From assembly GCF_000143415.4 (NCBI RefSeq), contig NW_003314291.1, positions 1,530,517 to 1,594,516 of the forward strand: 64,000 nt of DNA, written 5' to 3'. A program made the position numbers and the translations under genes. Shown here piece after piece: positions 23,982 to 38,072 of the stretch; position 1 is the first letter of the stretch; the number at the start of each line of letters is the position of its first letter. Origin of the DNA: Selaginella moellendorffii (Eukaryota > Plantae > Lycopodiophyta). Below the pieces are notes generated by a model. That model was not told where the DNA came from. It searched no databases and saw only the letters and a list, made by a program, of their open reading frames with translations.

Positions 23982-26900
23982 TGAAACGAACAAGAGAGCG
24001 AACCCTAGGCCAACCTCCCAACCCTTAAGGCGTTACGGCCTTAAATCCCACAGGCCATGGAATATTCTCGGAATATTCCCGTGGTTCGTGTCATTCTCCC
24101 CTCCCTCATGACCCAGCCACATACGGTAGCCTCGAGAAGCTAAACGAGCCTCAAATGAAGGGAGTCCAAGGCAATACGGCCATGGAGAAAAGATGTGCAA
24201 ACGGCAACACCAACGTCGCAACAAACGGTCACGAAAGAAAGAAAGCAATACAGCTTTCTCACATGACAATACGGTCATGGAAAACAAGAGAATGAGAATA
24301 GAACAAACGGCTCAAATCATATAGCAATCCTGCTATAAAACTCAATTCTCCCCTTCCTCAGGAATGTCATCCAAGTCATAACCAAAACTCAGAAACACTC
24401 TTTTCACGTCATCCTCAGTTTCCCATGTAGCTTCGTCCATGGAATAACCATTCCACTGAACTAACAACTCCCTAGTTGTTTTCCGGCGTGTTTTCACCAA
24501 TCTTTGAGCAAGAATATTGGCCGGACCAGCCTTCTCTGCATCAATCTCTGGAACCTGGATGATGGACTGATCCACAATATCACCAGAGTGCAAACACACT
24601 TTAAGCTTGCTCACATGGAACGTTGGATGAATCTTTGAACTAACTGGCAAGTCCAAAGTGTATGCAAGATCCCCTACACGCTGTAAAATTGTCCAAGGTC
24701 CACAATACCGTGGAGACAACTTAGCACTGCCACCTCCTTTTAGAGACCGTTGTGCATCCGACAGCTTAAGGAAAACCTTGTCACCAACTTTGTACTCTTG
24801 ATGACGACGATGCTCATCAGCCAATCTTTTGTCTCGTTCTTGAGCTTGCCTCATGTTCAATTTTGCCAACTCAAGCTTGTCTTGCATATCCTCCAGGAAA
24901 TCACAAGCATGAGGAACCCGAACCAAAACCAAATTCAAACTCACAGGAGACCTAGGCTCATAGCCATACATCGCCATAAAAGGAGACATGCCAATAGCCG
25001 ATTGATGAGCGCTATTGTGAGCAAACTGAAGCAAAGGCAAGTATTTTTCCCATACTCCCTGTCGAGTCAAGTTTCCCACAAAAGACCGTAGCATATCTTC
25101 TAATAGTTGATTCATGCGCTCTGTCTGCCCATTAGATTGTGGATGCTCACCACTACGCATGCTCAGTTTAGTCTCTAGTTTTTCAAAGACCGTTTGCCAA
25201 AACTTGGACGTGAACTTAGGATCCCGATCACTCACAATGTCACCTGGCAAACCATAGAGACTGAATAACCGGTCTACAAACAACTGAGCAAGTTCAGAAG
25301 CTTTTATCGTTGTCTTCACAGGGAAAAAGTGAGCCATCTTCGTCAAACGATCCACAACAACCCAAATAGCATCATTTCCTCGAAAGGTTTTGGGCAAACC
25401 AGTGATAAAGTCCATCGAGATGCTATCCCACTTATTCTTGGGTACACGTAAAGGATGATAGAGGCCAGCGAGCTTCTGATGATCAACCTTGACCGCCTGG
25501 CAGGTCAAACAACCACGTACATACTTCTCAACATCTGACTTCATCCCAGGCCAAAAGAAATGCCTCTTCACCAACATATACGTTCTCAATACCCCCGGAT
25601 GCCCAGCACTTGGCACATCATGACACTCAACCAAAATCCGTTTGATGAGTTTATCAACACGAGGAACCACAACACGTCCCTTCTTCACTAGGATTCCATC
25701 TCGTATTTCGAATGACGAAAACTTGTCACTCTTTAAATCTGTAGAGGCGTCCCTCAACAAAACCTTCGCGCGAATATCAGTGATGAAGGAGTCAAAGTCA
25801 ACAAACTCCTTAAGCTCATCCAAGAGATCGCTGGATAGCTTCACAAACGAGATAGAATTTACCATCCTGGATAATGCATCAGCCACCTTATTATCACCTC
25901 CATGCTTGTACCGGATCTTAATAGACATTTCCTGCAGGAACTCTTGCCAACGAGCAAGACGGCCTCGAAGATCCTTTTGTCGACTGAAATATTGGAGTGA
26001 TTGATGGTCTGAATCCACATGGAAGTCCGATCCATATAGATAATGTCGCCATTCCTTCACAGCAGCAATCACAGCATATAACTCTTTATCTCGAGTAGGC
26101 CAATTCCGCTGTGTGGCATCAAACTTATGGCTCATGTACGCAAGAGGATGCCCAACTTGAAGCAAAACGGCTCCAATAGCAATGTCACTTGCATCTGTCT
26201 CAACCACAAGAGGCTTTTCAGGATCGAAAATCTTCAACACCGGAGCAGAGATACAACACTGCTTCAAACGTAGAAATGCCACTTCACACTTCTCATCCCA
26301 ACCATAAATAGTAGCATGTTTTGACATATTCTGGAGAAGATCAGTTAAAGGGGCTGCTATCCCTGAAAAGTCCTTCACAAATCGTCGAAAAACTCTAGCC
26401 ATACCAAGGAAACTACGGAGATCATGCACTGTTGAAGGTATAGGCCAATCAACCACGGCCTGAATCTTTGCAGGATCAGCTCTCACTCCATGTACCGAAA
26501 TCAAATGCCCGAGATATCCAATCTCCTCTAAAAAAAACTCGCACTTGGATAACTTCGAGTAGAGCTTGTTGTCCCTCAAAAGTTGTAAAACACTTCGCAC
26601 ATGCATCTCATGTTCCTCCATGGAAGAGCTGAATACCAGGATATCATCAAAATAATCAATTGCAAACTTTCCCAAGTAAGGTTGTAGAACTTGATTCATC
26701 AATCTCTGAAAAGTTGCAGGAGCATTTGTCAAACCAAATGGCATCACTAAAAACTCGTAGTGACCTGTCCTTGTCCGAAATGCAGTTTTCGGAACATCCT
26801 CGGGCTTGACACAAATCTGATGATATCCTTGCCTCAAATCAATCTTTGAAAAATATCGAGCACCACGAAGACGATCGAGCAAATCATCAATACGAGGGAT

Positions 26901-29117
26901 CGGGAACATATTCTTCACTGTCCTATCATTCAATCCCTTGTAATTCACACAGAGACGCCATGTACCATCTTTCTTTTTGACCATCACCACCGGAGCAGCC
27001 CAAGGAGACTTGCTGATCCGTAACCACCCTTTCCGAAGGTATTCAGCAAGCTGCCTATTAATCTCCTCATCTTCAGCGGGACTAGTATGAGTCGGTTGTC
27101 GCTGAAAAGGAGTAGCTCCAGGAACCAAGTCAATCTCATGCTGAATTCCACGTTCTTGAGGCAAACCATCAGGTAACTCATCCGGAAATACGTCACGGAA
27201 CTCCTCGTGAATGGAATCCACCTGTGCCTCATGCCCACGAACGTACTCCAAATCAGACATGATCATATTAGAAAGAAACTGGTACACCACAAAAGAATTA
27301 GCTATCTCATGCATGCATGTCACCAACTCCAAAGCGTTAATCAATGGAGTATCACTATTGTCTGTCCCGACAATCTCTTTGATAGTGCCACCAACTTCGA
27401 TATGCAGAACATTACGCTCCCAATCGATTCTTGGCTTNNNNNNNNNNNNNNNNNNNNNNNNNNNNNNNNNNNNNNNNNNNNNNNNNNNNNNNNNNNNNNN
27501 NNNNNNNNNNNNNNNNNNNNNNNNNNNNNNNNNNNNNTGTCATAAAACCATTCCTTCCCAAGAATAACGTCTGTGCGACCAAGATCCATAACCTGAAACG
27601 AAGGATGGTCGAGAATCCCTTGAATCGTCAAAGGAACACTCGGAGCCCATTCACCGTAAACACGAGTGCTATGTCCATCTGCCATAACCACCTCGTAGAT
27701 TACTGAACTCTTTTCCACAGGCAAACCAAGTTTCTTCACCACCTTGGAGCTCAAAAAATTGTGTGTAGCACCTGGATCGAAAAGAATACTAACAGCATGT
27801 CCTTGAATGTCCCCCTTGGCCTTCACAAGTTGATTGCGCATAGAACCATTAATCTCTACAGAGTTGATACAAACTCGAGACTTAGATTCTTGAATTTTTG
27901 CCACAGGGTGTGGAAGAGCCACCACAGCAGATGCCTGAGCTGTATCCACGATGGATTCCACCACATTCACCTTAGCATTCTTTGATCCCTTCACAAGAGG
28001 ACAATCTTTGCCATGATGTCCAGCCTTATGACAACGAAAACAATTGCCCTCCACCTTGTCCTTCTCTCGTTGGTCTAACCGATGTCTTTTTGCCTCATTG
28101 CCATCTCCACTCTTCGAGCTACGACGAAGCAACGGCCGTTTCTTCCCTGAAAATGAAGTATTGGTGGGTTGGTCATCACGTTGACCACCCCGGAGACCAT
28201 CCTTTTGACCAAAGTTGACCGAGTTGACCGACGGTTTGGGCGAAAAGATTTGAGCCTTAGTGATAGCATCAGTCAATGTTGCTGGAAAATCCTTCTTGAC
28301 CTTCTGCTGCACATCCATCGAGCTCAATCCTTTGATAAAACATTGCACCTTTAGTAGCTCATTATAGGTGCCCGTGAGACTAAGGCAAAGATCACGGAAC
28401 TTGCGGGCATACGCATCCAAAGACAAAGTCCCCTGCCGGATCTTTAACAACTGATTCACGAGATCAACCTCTTCAAACTTCTTGACAAATGAAGCACGGA
28501 AAACCTTTGTCAAATTAGTCCAAGAAGTCGACGTTGGATTAGCTTTGATGTAGTTCTTCCACCACGAAGAAGCATGGCCCGAAAGCTTCGTCACAAAAAA
28601 ATCTATCTTTACCTTATCCTCACAAGGATTGTGAGACCAACAACTTTCCCACAATTCCAACCAAGAATCAACCTCTTGACTATCACAAACATCCGGTGAT
28701 GATTTCCATTCCACGATACCATAATCCTTGGCATGCTTGACATACCAATGGTAATCACGGACATGAGATTGATTCAACCCTTGAGGGTTCATGCGAAGCA
28801 AGAAATCCTTAATGAGATTGACAGAATCCTTAACCTCCTTTATGTCGCTCTGAACCGCAGAAATCTGGCGTCCTTGCCGCACAACGACATCATCAAGAGT
28901 CTCTTCCGCATCATCATGGCTATCCTCACTAACGCCATACTCCTCATCAAGATCAATATCTTGCTCACCCGCCATCCCCAAAAGAACGTGCTGCTCCGAT
29001 ACCAATGAAACGAACAAGAGAGCGAACCCTAGGCCAACCTCCCAACCCTTAACGCGTTACGGCCTTAAATCCCACAGGCCATAGAATATTCTCGGAATAT
29101 TCCCGTGGTTCGTGTCA
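23982..29117 (-). mobile_element. Compact, apparently intact Ty3/gypsy chromovirus (Reina-like), family B
   Basis: 112-bp LTRs 29006-29117 and 23982-24093 (2 mismatches seen), TSD ATTAA, PBS TGGTATCGGAGC at 28993-29004, PPT at 24094-24107. Confidence 0.96.
24342..28975 (-). CDS. Gag-Pol polyprotein (gag, CCHC, PR, RT, RNase H, IN, chromodomain); probably a single ORF across the N gap
   Basis: [43 protein letters not shown] and [16 protein letters not shown] motifs. No internal stops outside the 100-N gap at 27438-27537. Confidence 0.92.
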
Positions 29118-29344
29118 ATTAAAACCAGAAGGACAAAACGTGTCTGCTAGGCTTCAAGCCACATAGTAAAATTCTCATTTTTTATGGTTCCTATTGCCAA
29201 TCACAAAAACAGTGAAAGTCAAGACATAGAGGAAATAACAATGTCCAATTCAGCCATAAGTGCTGGTATCTCAAACGATCCATCAAAACTTTCTTTTTGA
29301 AAAGTTTCTTCTTTGTCCATGGGCTCTCTCTCGAAACTTCACGT

Positions 29345-30395
29345 TGTTCTCATCCCACTTCCAGCACAGGGAAGTTCTAATCATCTATCTCGCCCGCAAG
29401 ATCGCGCTCCTCGGAGTCACTGTGACCACGAAACTTTGCAGAAATCCTGGAAGAGCCGAGGACAATCCTGTGAATAATGGGCACGAGATTCGCCTCGAGT
29501 CCATCTCTATGGACTTGCGAGTTCCCAATGGCTTCCATGAGAAGAACTTCAACGCGCAGGCCGCCTTTTCCCAGGCCATCTTCCGAATGGAGGATCCACT
29601 CGCGGAGCTCTTGTCCCGGATCGATCGAGACGGCCCCAGAGTCGCGTGTGTCGTCTCGACTTTTACCATCTCAGTGCTCCACACGCTGCAAAGAAGGCTG
29701 GATTGGGCTTTTGGCCGGGAAACGCTGCTTGGGCTGCCATCGAATTCCACGTTCCAAAGCTCCTGGAGATAGCAGAGGTTCCTGTCGAAGGTAAAGCCTT
29801 GACCGATCTAGAAGTGTGTGCTAAGAAAACATGGAAGTTCTCAATCTTGTGATTGGCAGAGGGAGTTGACAAGCTGATTTCTTACATCCCTGGAATGCAG
29901 CTAAGATCGCAAGACATTCCACTCTTCATGCATGACAGAGAATTCCAGAAAGTCGGGGAAGAACAGTCACTGCATCGCTTCTAAGAGGATCGCACTGGAC
30001 TCTTGGTTTCTGATGAACGTTGTCCACGACATTGAGCCACGAGTTTTCGAAGCGATGAGGGAAAGATTCGGGGATCCTCCCAAGGGAGAGGCGATCTACT
30101 CGACTGGATTGAAAGAGGCTCCGGATGAATCATATCTTCCATGGCTAGACGAGCGTGATCGAGGCTCGGTCGATGTTTCGTTTGGAAGCATCTCCTTCAT
30201 GACTGCCAAGCAATTTGAGGAGATCGCGCTGGGATTGGAGGCAAGCAAGGTTCCTTTCGTCTGGGTAATACGATCAAACTCTAGTTCTACAAAGGTTTCG
30301 TGAGCAGGACTAGGATTGTTCGTGAGGTGGGCGCCGCAGCTAGAGATCTTGCAGCACGAATCAACAGGGGCTTTTCTTCACTGCAGATGGTTGGC
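29345..30395 (+). pseudogene. Family 1 UDP-glycosyltransferase pseudogene
   Basis: PRVACVVS, YLPWLDERDRGSV.VSFGS, EIALGLEASKVPFVWVIR and the PSPG-box start VRWAPQLEILQHESTGAFL; multiple frameshifts. Confidence 0.88.
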
Positions 30396-30399
30396 CATC

Positions 30400-30785
30400 T
30401 ACGAATGCCAAGCTGGTGCTGGAAGGCGAGGGCGTGGGAGATGTGGCAGCATCGAAGAGGCGCAATATCTCCATCCAATCGCCCAATCTCTTCTCCTGGA
30501 CGATCCTCCTCAATGGGGATCTCGCTCGGGCAATTGATTTCTTCGCAGGGATGCCGCTAAAAAACGCTGTCGCGGCAACGATCATGATCGTCACCTATGG
30601 CCAAGAGGGCGACGTGGGTTCCGCTAAGATGGTTTTCGATAAGAATCTCGTTTGCTGTATGTGATGCCCACAGCAAATGCCCAGAACGGGCATTTGCATG
30701 AACCAAAGCTTCTCTTTGATATTAAATGTTGCAATATTACAATATTATGCCAAAAATGGTAACTTGATAGATGCCGAGATGCCTT
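30400..30785 (+). pseudogene. PPR gene fragment fused directly to the truncated UGT
   Basis: PNLFSWTIL..GDLARAIDFFAGMP.KNAVA..IMIVTYGQEGDVGSAKMVFD. Confidence 0.7.
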
Positions 30786-31703
30786 ACAGTCTTTAAATCA
30801 TCTCACACTCTAGTTTTGCATGAGTGACTATTTTCGGCAGAAGCAAGCATTTCAAGAGCTTTGCCAAGTAAGTTGTCTAACTTTCATTTCATTGTCTTCA
30901 CTTCTGGACTTTTACTTCATGCAAGCATATTTACAAACTCTCAAGATGGTGCTAGAGTTAATATTGTGTTCTGGCATTTTTTGCCCAATTAAACAAGAAT
31001 ATTCTCAAAGGATCAATATAAAAGGGTTTAAATTGCAAAAAGAGTTAATTTTTTATATTTTGGGATTGTGAGAACTTATTGCGGATTGCAATGGAAATAA
31101 AAGTAAAATAATATTTGAGATGAATATATTATCTCAAGGTTGGGGAGGATAAACCAGCATATATTTAATACCCTTTATGATGTATGTTACTCTAGGAGAA
31201 TCAATGATTACAAAATCACAATTAAAAAAAATAATAGTTGTCAAACATCAAATACATCACTTGATCTGGTAAAAACACTTGACTCCTTATAGTTCACAGT
31301 CACAAATATTTTGCAAATGTAAATAATCAACTAGAAGAAGGGTATAGATTTGGCTTATAAATATAGAAAGTTTTTAGAGAGGAGAACATTTGGTGCTATG
31401 AAAAGCTCTTTTGAGACTATATTTCTTGGGGAAGATTGGCTTCATAAGCATGTGGCAATGATTGATTTTAGGAATCACATTGTTACTTGTAAAATGTAGT
31501 GAATCAGATTGGTGGCACAGATTTCAATATCCACATAGGATATGAAGTGAGTAAAGATAAATTCATGAAAGATATGAATAGCACTTCAAAAGATATTGAT
31601 TTAGCTGCTGGAAAATTTGTGCCTTGAGAAAACTTTCCAGATTTTGTGAGTTCAGGATGTCATCATTTGTGGTTCTCGCTGCAATGAAATCTCCTATGCT
31701 TCA

Positions 31704-32880
31704 TTAGGAATAATATTTATGCCTAGGATCAATTGTTATGGCATTGAATGCAACACCAACACTCCTTTCAAGTCCAACAGAGTGGATCTTACAGGTACTC
31801 ACAAAGCATCCCCAATTGAAAACATCTGGAACAAATAGTATTATACTTATGATCTCCTCGGCATCATCCAAGAGCCTGCAAGAACACCGATCAAGCAGCA
31901 ATAGTGATCTCACTTGGGGCTTAGATCGCAGTCAGAAACCATTGGAGCCAAGGCGTCTCTAGTAGGGATTACCAGCCCAAGGTGGCAGCAAGCGATCAAA
32001 AGGCCCATGAAACTCTTGAATATTCAAGACTTTAAAGAGCTAAATGGACACAGCACCATGTAGATTCTGGGTAAATGACAACGTTCCTGGTCACGATGTT
32101 TGGCTGCAAACAGCATCTAAAAAATGCCCAAGCATCGTCCAAGTGTCCTTTTTGCCTGTCGCTCCGATCATGCAGTTCGTTAAGAACTTCTACAGTGTCA
32201 AACAAGCACTTTGCTTTGCGTACATGCCCTCGTTCGGCATATGCAGTGACCATAACATTTTATGCTAAGAAAACTGTCCACGAGACAAGGTGTCTTTGAG
32301 GCATTGAATCAAAGAAATTGTGTAATTGATCGGTGTCACCTCATTGGGCGTCTGGTTGGAGCATTCCATTCCACACTATCAATCACATCATGCTGTGGCA
32401 TTCTGTCCAATGTTTCTTTTGCTAGATCACTGCAGCCATGCCGCACAAATGAGTTGATAAGTGTTGCCCATGACACGGAATCTCTCTGCATCATCCTTGC
32501 AAAGAACTTTCTTGCTTTGTCAAGATCTCTGCACTGGGCATGCGCAACAATCATAGAGTTCCATAAAACTTGATTGATGATCCTGTCGAACAGCTTCTTT
32601 AATCTCAAATGCTGAAATAATCACATTCCACAACACAAAATCTCTCTCGGCCATGTTGCCAAATTAGTTTCTAGCCTTGTTGATCATTCCAGCTTTCACG
32701 AATCCAGTGACAATAGCATACAAGGTAGCGCCATGCAAACTACATCCCACTCTGGAATTTGATTAAAAACAAGCCATGCAACGTACATTTGCCAGTTGAA
32801 GGCATTTGCCTAAAGAATCACATTCCATGTCACTACATTCTTCCCGGGCAGGAATAAAAAACGTGCAAAGCTGCATGTAA
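31704..32880 (-). pseudogene. PLS/E-class PPR pseudogene, inverted paralog of 20880-21420
   Basis: VLWNSMIVAHAQ..DLDKARKFFARM.QRDSVSWATLI and PDVFNWGCFVSTCKIH...AFNAITIDP...YYS. Confidence 0.82.
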
Positions 32881-34556
32881 GCTTGGAGCAGGTCTATGAA
32901 AAGGAGTTTGGGGCGGGAATGGAGTCCGCGTGCATCGCCAGACCTCCTGCATTTGCCATGCCTTGGAATCCTACACTCCTAGACTACACTACACTACATC
33001 CTACAGAATCCTACACTACACGGTGGTGTGGCAACGCCAAGATGCTCGCAAGATCCACGCTTTCGAAGGAACACATTACACGAACAACGTCTACATTGCA
33101 AATCTCCTTGTCCAAATACAATCATCCTGGTGAAAGAAGTTCTAGAAATATATAAAAGATTACTCCATAAATCTGAAATGGCTTTTGGTATTTAGATTGC
33201 CCATCCACCTTTCAATTTCTCCCTCCTCGCACGCGCGATCCAGTGGTGCTCGAGTCCAGCTAGACACGTTTACTGGGTCTCTACTCGTTAGGAAAATCTT
33301 CTCTCTTCACTCGATCTGCATGGGCTTTGTCATCCATCCATACGAGCCGCTGCGGGCGGCTCGTATATGGAATGCTTAGGTGATTTTCTTGTTATTGCTT
33401 TGCTTGCTGCGTTCACGACTACAGCTCTACTGCGAGAAACTTGGATATAACAGCTAGTTGTGTTTGAATTATAAAGACCATCCATCTTGGAGTTCTTTTC
33501 TTCTTTTCTTTCACGTTGCACCTTTCTATTGTGGGGGCAGGCTCTTTACCACCCAACGCTTGATCAAAACAGCCACGCAAAGTCCTTATGACCAGCATGG
33601 TGGCAGCTGTGGCAAATCGTCCTCAAGTCCATGAAATGGAAATTTTCGCTTGCTCCTGCTGCTTTGGATCCACAATGTTTGTTCTTGCACTATAAGAGGA
33701 GAACACCAAGGTGCGAGCTGGGCGGCTCGTCAATTCGTTTGGAAAGCTGGACAAAGCGAGAAAAGCTTTTCTTCTCGGCTCGCAAGAGATAAAAAACGAG
33801 GTGCAATGGCTTTCTTCTTCTGTTTGATTTCTTTTTTGTGTGTGGATTCCCCATGAAATCCACAAGGAGGAAGTCTTCTCTCCTCTAGAGCCTTCATCCC
33901 ACTTAGAAATGCCGCAGTGCGGGATGATAAGAGAATGAAATCTGCAGTGCGAGCCGGGTGCAGCGGTCTTTGCTGAAAAGATCGCACCTCGTTCAAGCTC
34001 TTTACTCGCTCAACAATATTCCTCAAAGGAAGGCCAGAGGACTCCTCTTTGGAGGAATACACACTACCGTGCCTTGTGGAAGTATGGTGATGAGTGGCGT
34101 ATTGTTAACAACATGCTTTCCTTCTTTTTTACTTCAGAAGGCATGCTCGCTTCCAGGATGCATGGATCGGAAGCAGATCCATCCGTGCCTCAAAAGTGAG
34201 AAAAGCCCCCGCTCCAATTCTTCTAATGAAAACATTAGAGGAATTGGAGCGGGGCTTTTCTTCCAAATGTGAGCAAAGAAACTAGCAAAGCAAGTTCACT
34301 AGACGTGCCAGCAGCGCGAAAAAACTTTGTCCATAGCTTGTAAACTTCTTTCCATTATTTGGTAGTTCGTGCGTGTAGCACTTGTTCTTCACTTGTTTCT
34401 GTTTTGGGTTCATTTGCACTTGTTATAATCTCCTCTCTCTTTCTCTCCCTCACCGGATCACACCACAATGCAATTGATCACTCTTGTCCCTCTAGTCATT
34501 GAGATTTGCATTGATATAGTAGAAGAAATTCGTCAAGCATAAAAAGGACGAAGTAT

Positions 34557-35495
34557 CTAGTAAAACTTAGGCGTCGCAGCCGAGCACGTCTTTGAATTCC
34601 TTATCGTAAACTTGGCTGTCCAAGCTCTTCTTGTACTCGAACAGCAGTACGTCATCTTCGAGTAACCGTAGTCATAGTCACGCTTCACGCTCCACGGCGG
34701 CGTTGGCGACAGGAACGGCGTGAGCGAACCCCCGGCACCTCCCGCGACTACGCGAATCGTCTCATTGAATTTCCCAGAGTAAACATTGGCCTCATTGCTG
34801 ATGTAAACCTCCTGCAAAGAACAGACTTTTAGTTCTTCCAAACGAATAGAAAAAACAAGAAAGAGCTCATACTCACATCATAAACCGGACAGGATCGCTC
34901 GTAGTTGTGGACGTGGCAGAAGGTGTACTTTTGCCACAAACTGCAGGCTTTCCCTGCTAAATGGCTCCGCAGTTGCGTTCTCGCTGGCTAAGTACCACAT
35001 AGAGTAGCCAAGGACGCGTATCAACCATGGCTGCTTTTCCCTGTCCGCGCTAGGGAGGCATTCCTCGATCCACTTGTACTGCCCGCTTTTTTCGCGCCAG
35101 TCGTGCTCCGAGTCGGCAATGCAGAAGTGGAAAAGCCCGTAATCCGTCGAATACCTGCAAAAGAAAATGTTTCTTAGACCTACTAGAACTTTTCCTATGA
35201 TTAAAAGATCGAAAGCACCGTCACTTCCGGAGTCCTGTGTTATAAAAAGAACCGAGTTAGGCCAATCCCGTTAATGATATCCACTTCAAAAGGATAATTG
35301 TAATTTTATGTATAGTATACCTGGCCGTCATATAAGGGACACGTGAAGTCATTCCTTCAATCTGTTCCGTGAACTGATCCCATTGAGAAATATACCCTGT
35401 TGCATAGGATAAGTCTCCAATGTGGAAAATAATGTCAATGTCGTCTCTTTCTTTTGTGATCGTGTCGGCTGTGTTCAGTGAGCCAAAATGAAATC
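34557..35495 (-). pseudogene. Purple acid phosphatase (NPP/PAP1-24-27 type) partial pseudogene with introns
   Basis: IDIIFHIGDLSYA.GYISQWDQF, RDWPNS, YSTDYGLFHFCIADSEHDWRE, HVHNYER.CPVY and GGAG..WSVKRDYDYG motifs; stops, frameshifts and missing 5' part. Confidence 0.88.
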
Positions 35496-35543
35496 ATCGT
35501 ACATCATTGATCCATCTCTTTCGCGCTGTGTGATCCGTTAGAT

Positions 35544-35567
35544 GAGAGAGAGAGAGAGAGAGAGAGA
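35544..35567 (+). repeat. (GA)12 microsatellite
   Basis: Direct reading. Confidence 0.9.
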
Positions 35568-38072
35568 TAGCCGCCTTTGAGTTACCTTTCCCAGATCTCC
35601 AAATATGACAACCAGTTTTCACCGATTTAAAATATTTTATCGGACTCATCACGACCAAGTTATCTAATAACTTATGACCAACGCGATAGCTATATCTGAA
35701 CAAGTATTGCAGAAGTCAAATAAATAAACATGACACTAGAGATGGTGATTTACCTTGTGTTGGGCAATAAATCCTTCATTGATCCAGTATGAATTTGGCC
35801 GGGATCACGCCAGCCAACAGTGGACACTCGAGGTCCTGAAGAAAAGTTTTGCTATATTACGCACAAAAATTAAAATAGCCACTGACCACACGTCTCCACG
35901 AGACAATGAAAGCGTGCTGGCCGCAGAGAATAACGGAATCTTGTGAAGTGCAATGTGATCCGCAACCTCATATGAAACGAACGGAATTGCTTCGCTGGTT
36001 CGATAACCACTACTCCACGTTGATTTGTCTCTTCCCAGTGCTGACGTAATCGGGTGAAGCGGAAGCATTTTGGAAATGCACGCACAAACAAGCAAAGCTA
36101 GAAGAGAAGAAAAAAACTCCTAAAACAATGAGGAAAAGACCTTCCACGAGAACAAAGAAAATATAGAAAACAATCGAGTAGAATACAATGAGATCGAAAT
36201 GTGGGAGCAGTGCACAAATTCTGAGGATATTCCCTGACGAACTGCACACATCACACACGAGAAAGATAATTTTGCTCGAGAGCTCCTCTGTTCCTACATA
36301 CTTGAACTTTGATGGCGAGAAAACACCAATCCAATTGTTGGCTCCAGAAGACCTTTGGTGAAAGAAAACGTAGCAGCTTTACCTGCCCTAAAATATTCTT
36401 CCCGTTTATGAAAAAGGGTTCTCTGCGACCTTGCCAGTATATTTTATTATGCTACAGAGTATCTGAAGCAAGCCATACAATCGCCTTCCACTCTGCCAAC
36501 AAGATGAGTCTTCAACAATGTAATCAGTTGGGCCCGAATTGGTTGACACTCATTATATTTAAAAATGCATTTAACTATTAATAGATTTTTGTAAAGGTAA
36601 GAAATAGTAAATGAATTGTTAATAAGATTTCATAATGTGAAAATAAAAAATGTTATACTTTTGAAACATATTATTCACAATTTTAATCTAAATTATTAAT
36701 TTAGATAAGACTTAACAAACTATCATTTTAAATAAAATATGAACAAATATGCACATCATCACAAAGAAATCTAACTGATAAATAAATTTAAATTTTTCAG
36801 TGTACTAGAATGTTATCACTTTTTTTTGTGAGACAACAAAAAAATGTTTTATAAATTGTTATTTAAGAGAGTTAAATCTTGCTTTCATTTATATCTGGAC
36901 TCATTGGTTAGGGGCATGCTTGTGTTTGGATAACCAAGACAGGGCAAGGGATTGAAGCATTCTTTTTAAGTGGTCTTCCTTAAAAAGTGATATTTTCTCC
37001 TTTTTGGTTTGCTTAAGCAAACTTGCAAGGGATAGTGAATATACCTAAAATATGCTTGGATATTTTAGAATATTCTACCATCTAATGGTTCTTATTCATT
37101 TAGATTAATCTTGTATTTATAATTTATAAACATGATTATAATTTATAAACTTTCTTAAACACTTTCTAGTATATTTTATTTTGTTCTATCAGGTTGATAT
37201 GAAATAAGATTAATCTTGTGTTTATAAATTACAAACATGCTTATAATTATAAACTTTTATTTGATCAATTAGATTAATAAGTAGGAATCACACTACTATT
37301 AAACAAACCAAGCATTGCTACATGCAATGCATAGCAATTTATTTAAAAATATATCTGAAATTCTAAAGTGTAATTGGCAAAATTGATATTGAGGGGAGGA
37401 TTGATCAATGAGCAAAGTGTGTTGTGTCAGGTTGGATTTAATGGAGATATTGTTAAAATGCTTCACAATACTATACTAGTTCATAGTTTAGATGTTTTTA
37501 AGCTTTCACTGGCTAATAATGTTATTAGGTGCCTAAAGGCTGTCCTGTTTTTATGAAGGGCAGCTCAAGCTGGAGGTTGTGAAAACACAAGTGCCTATAA
37601 ACTTTGTAGGAAATTTTTCTATGAAGCAAAAGCCAATATCTCTCAACACTACAGCGGACATTGGCCAGCAAAAGGCAGCAACAATTCTTCAAGCTGCATA
37701 CTAATCCACCCTTCTCATAGCAAACAACAACAAATTCTCCAAACTGCATACCATAATCCACTGGTCCATGTAAAAAACAGATGAATGAATGAATGTTTTC
37801 CTTTTGCGGACACTAAGCCATGCAATTTCAATGTGTAGCGTGCACCTAACAATAGCAAGATTTTCAATTGAGTCTATTAAAATAATAATTTACTGTGTGT
37901 TGCATGAAGCAATATTTAATTTCATTAATAGTAGTATTATTTTTATTTATTGATCTAATTAATCAAATGAAAGTTTATAATTATAAAACCCACCTTCAAA
38001 CCTAAAGGAGATAAGAATCAATTTGCACGGTGCCTTTTGACTAACTTTTTCCTGTCAAACTACAAGATATGA

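Noticed and set aside
27341-27540. Programmed gag/pol frameshift in family B
   Set aside because: Explained by the arbitrary 100-N gap; the decayed copy is in frame here.
32883-34300. Several short ORFs of coding-like composition
   Set aside because: No family could be recognised and no consistent exon chain built. Left unannotated.
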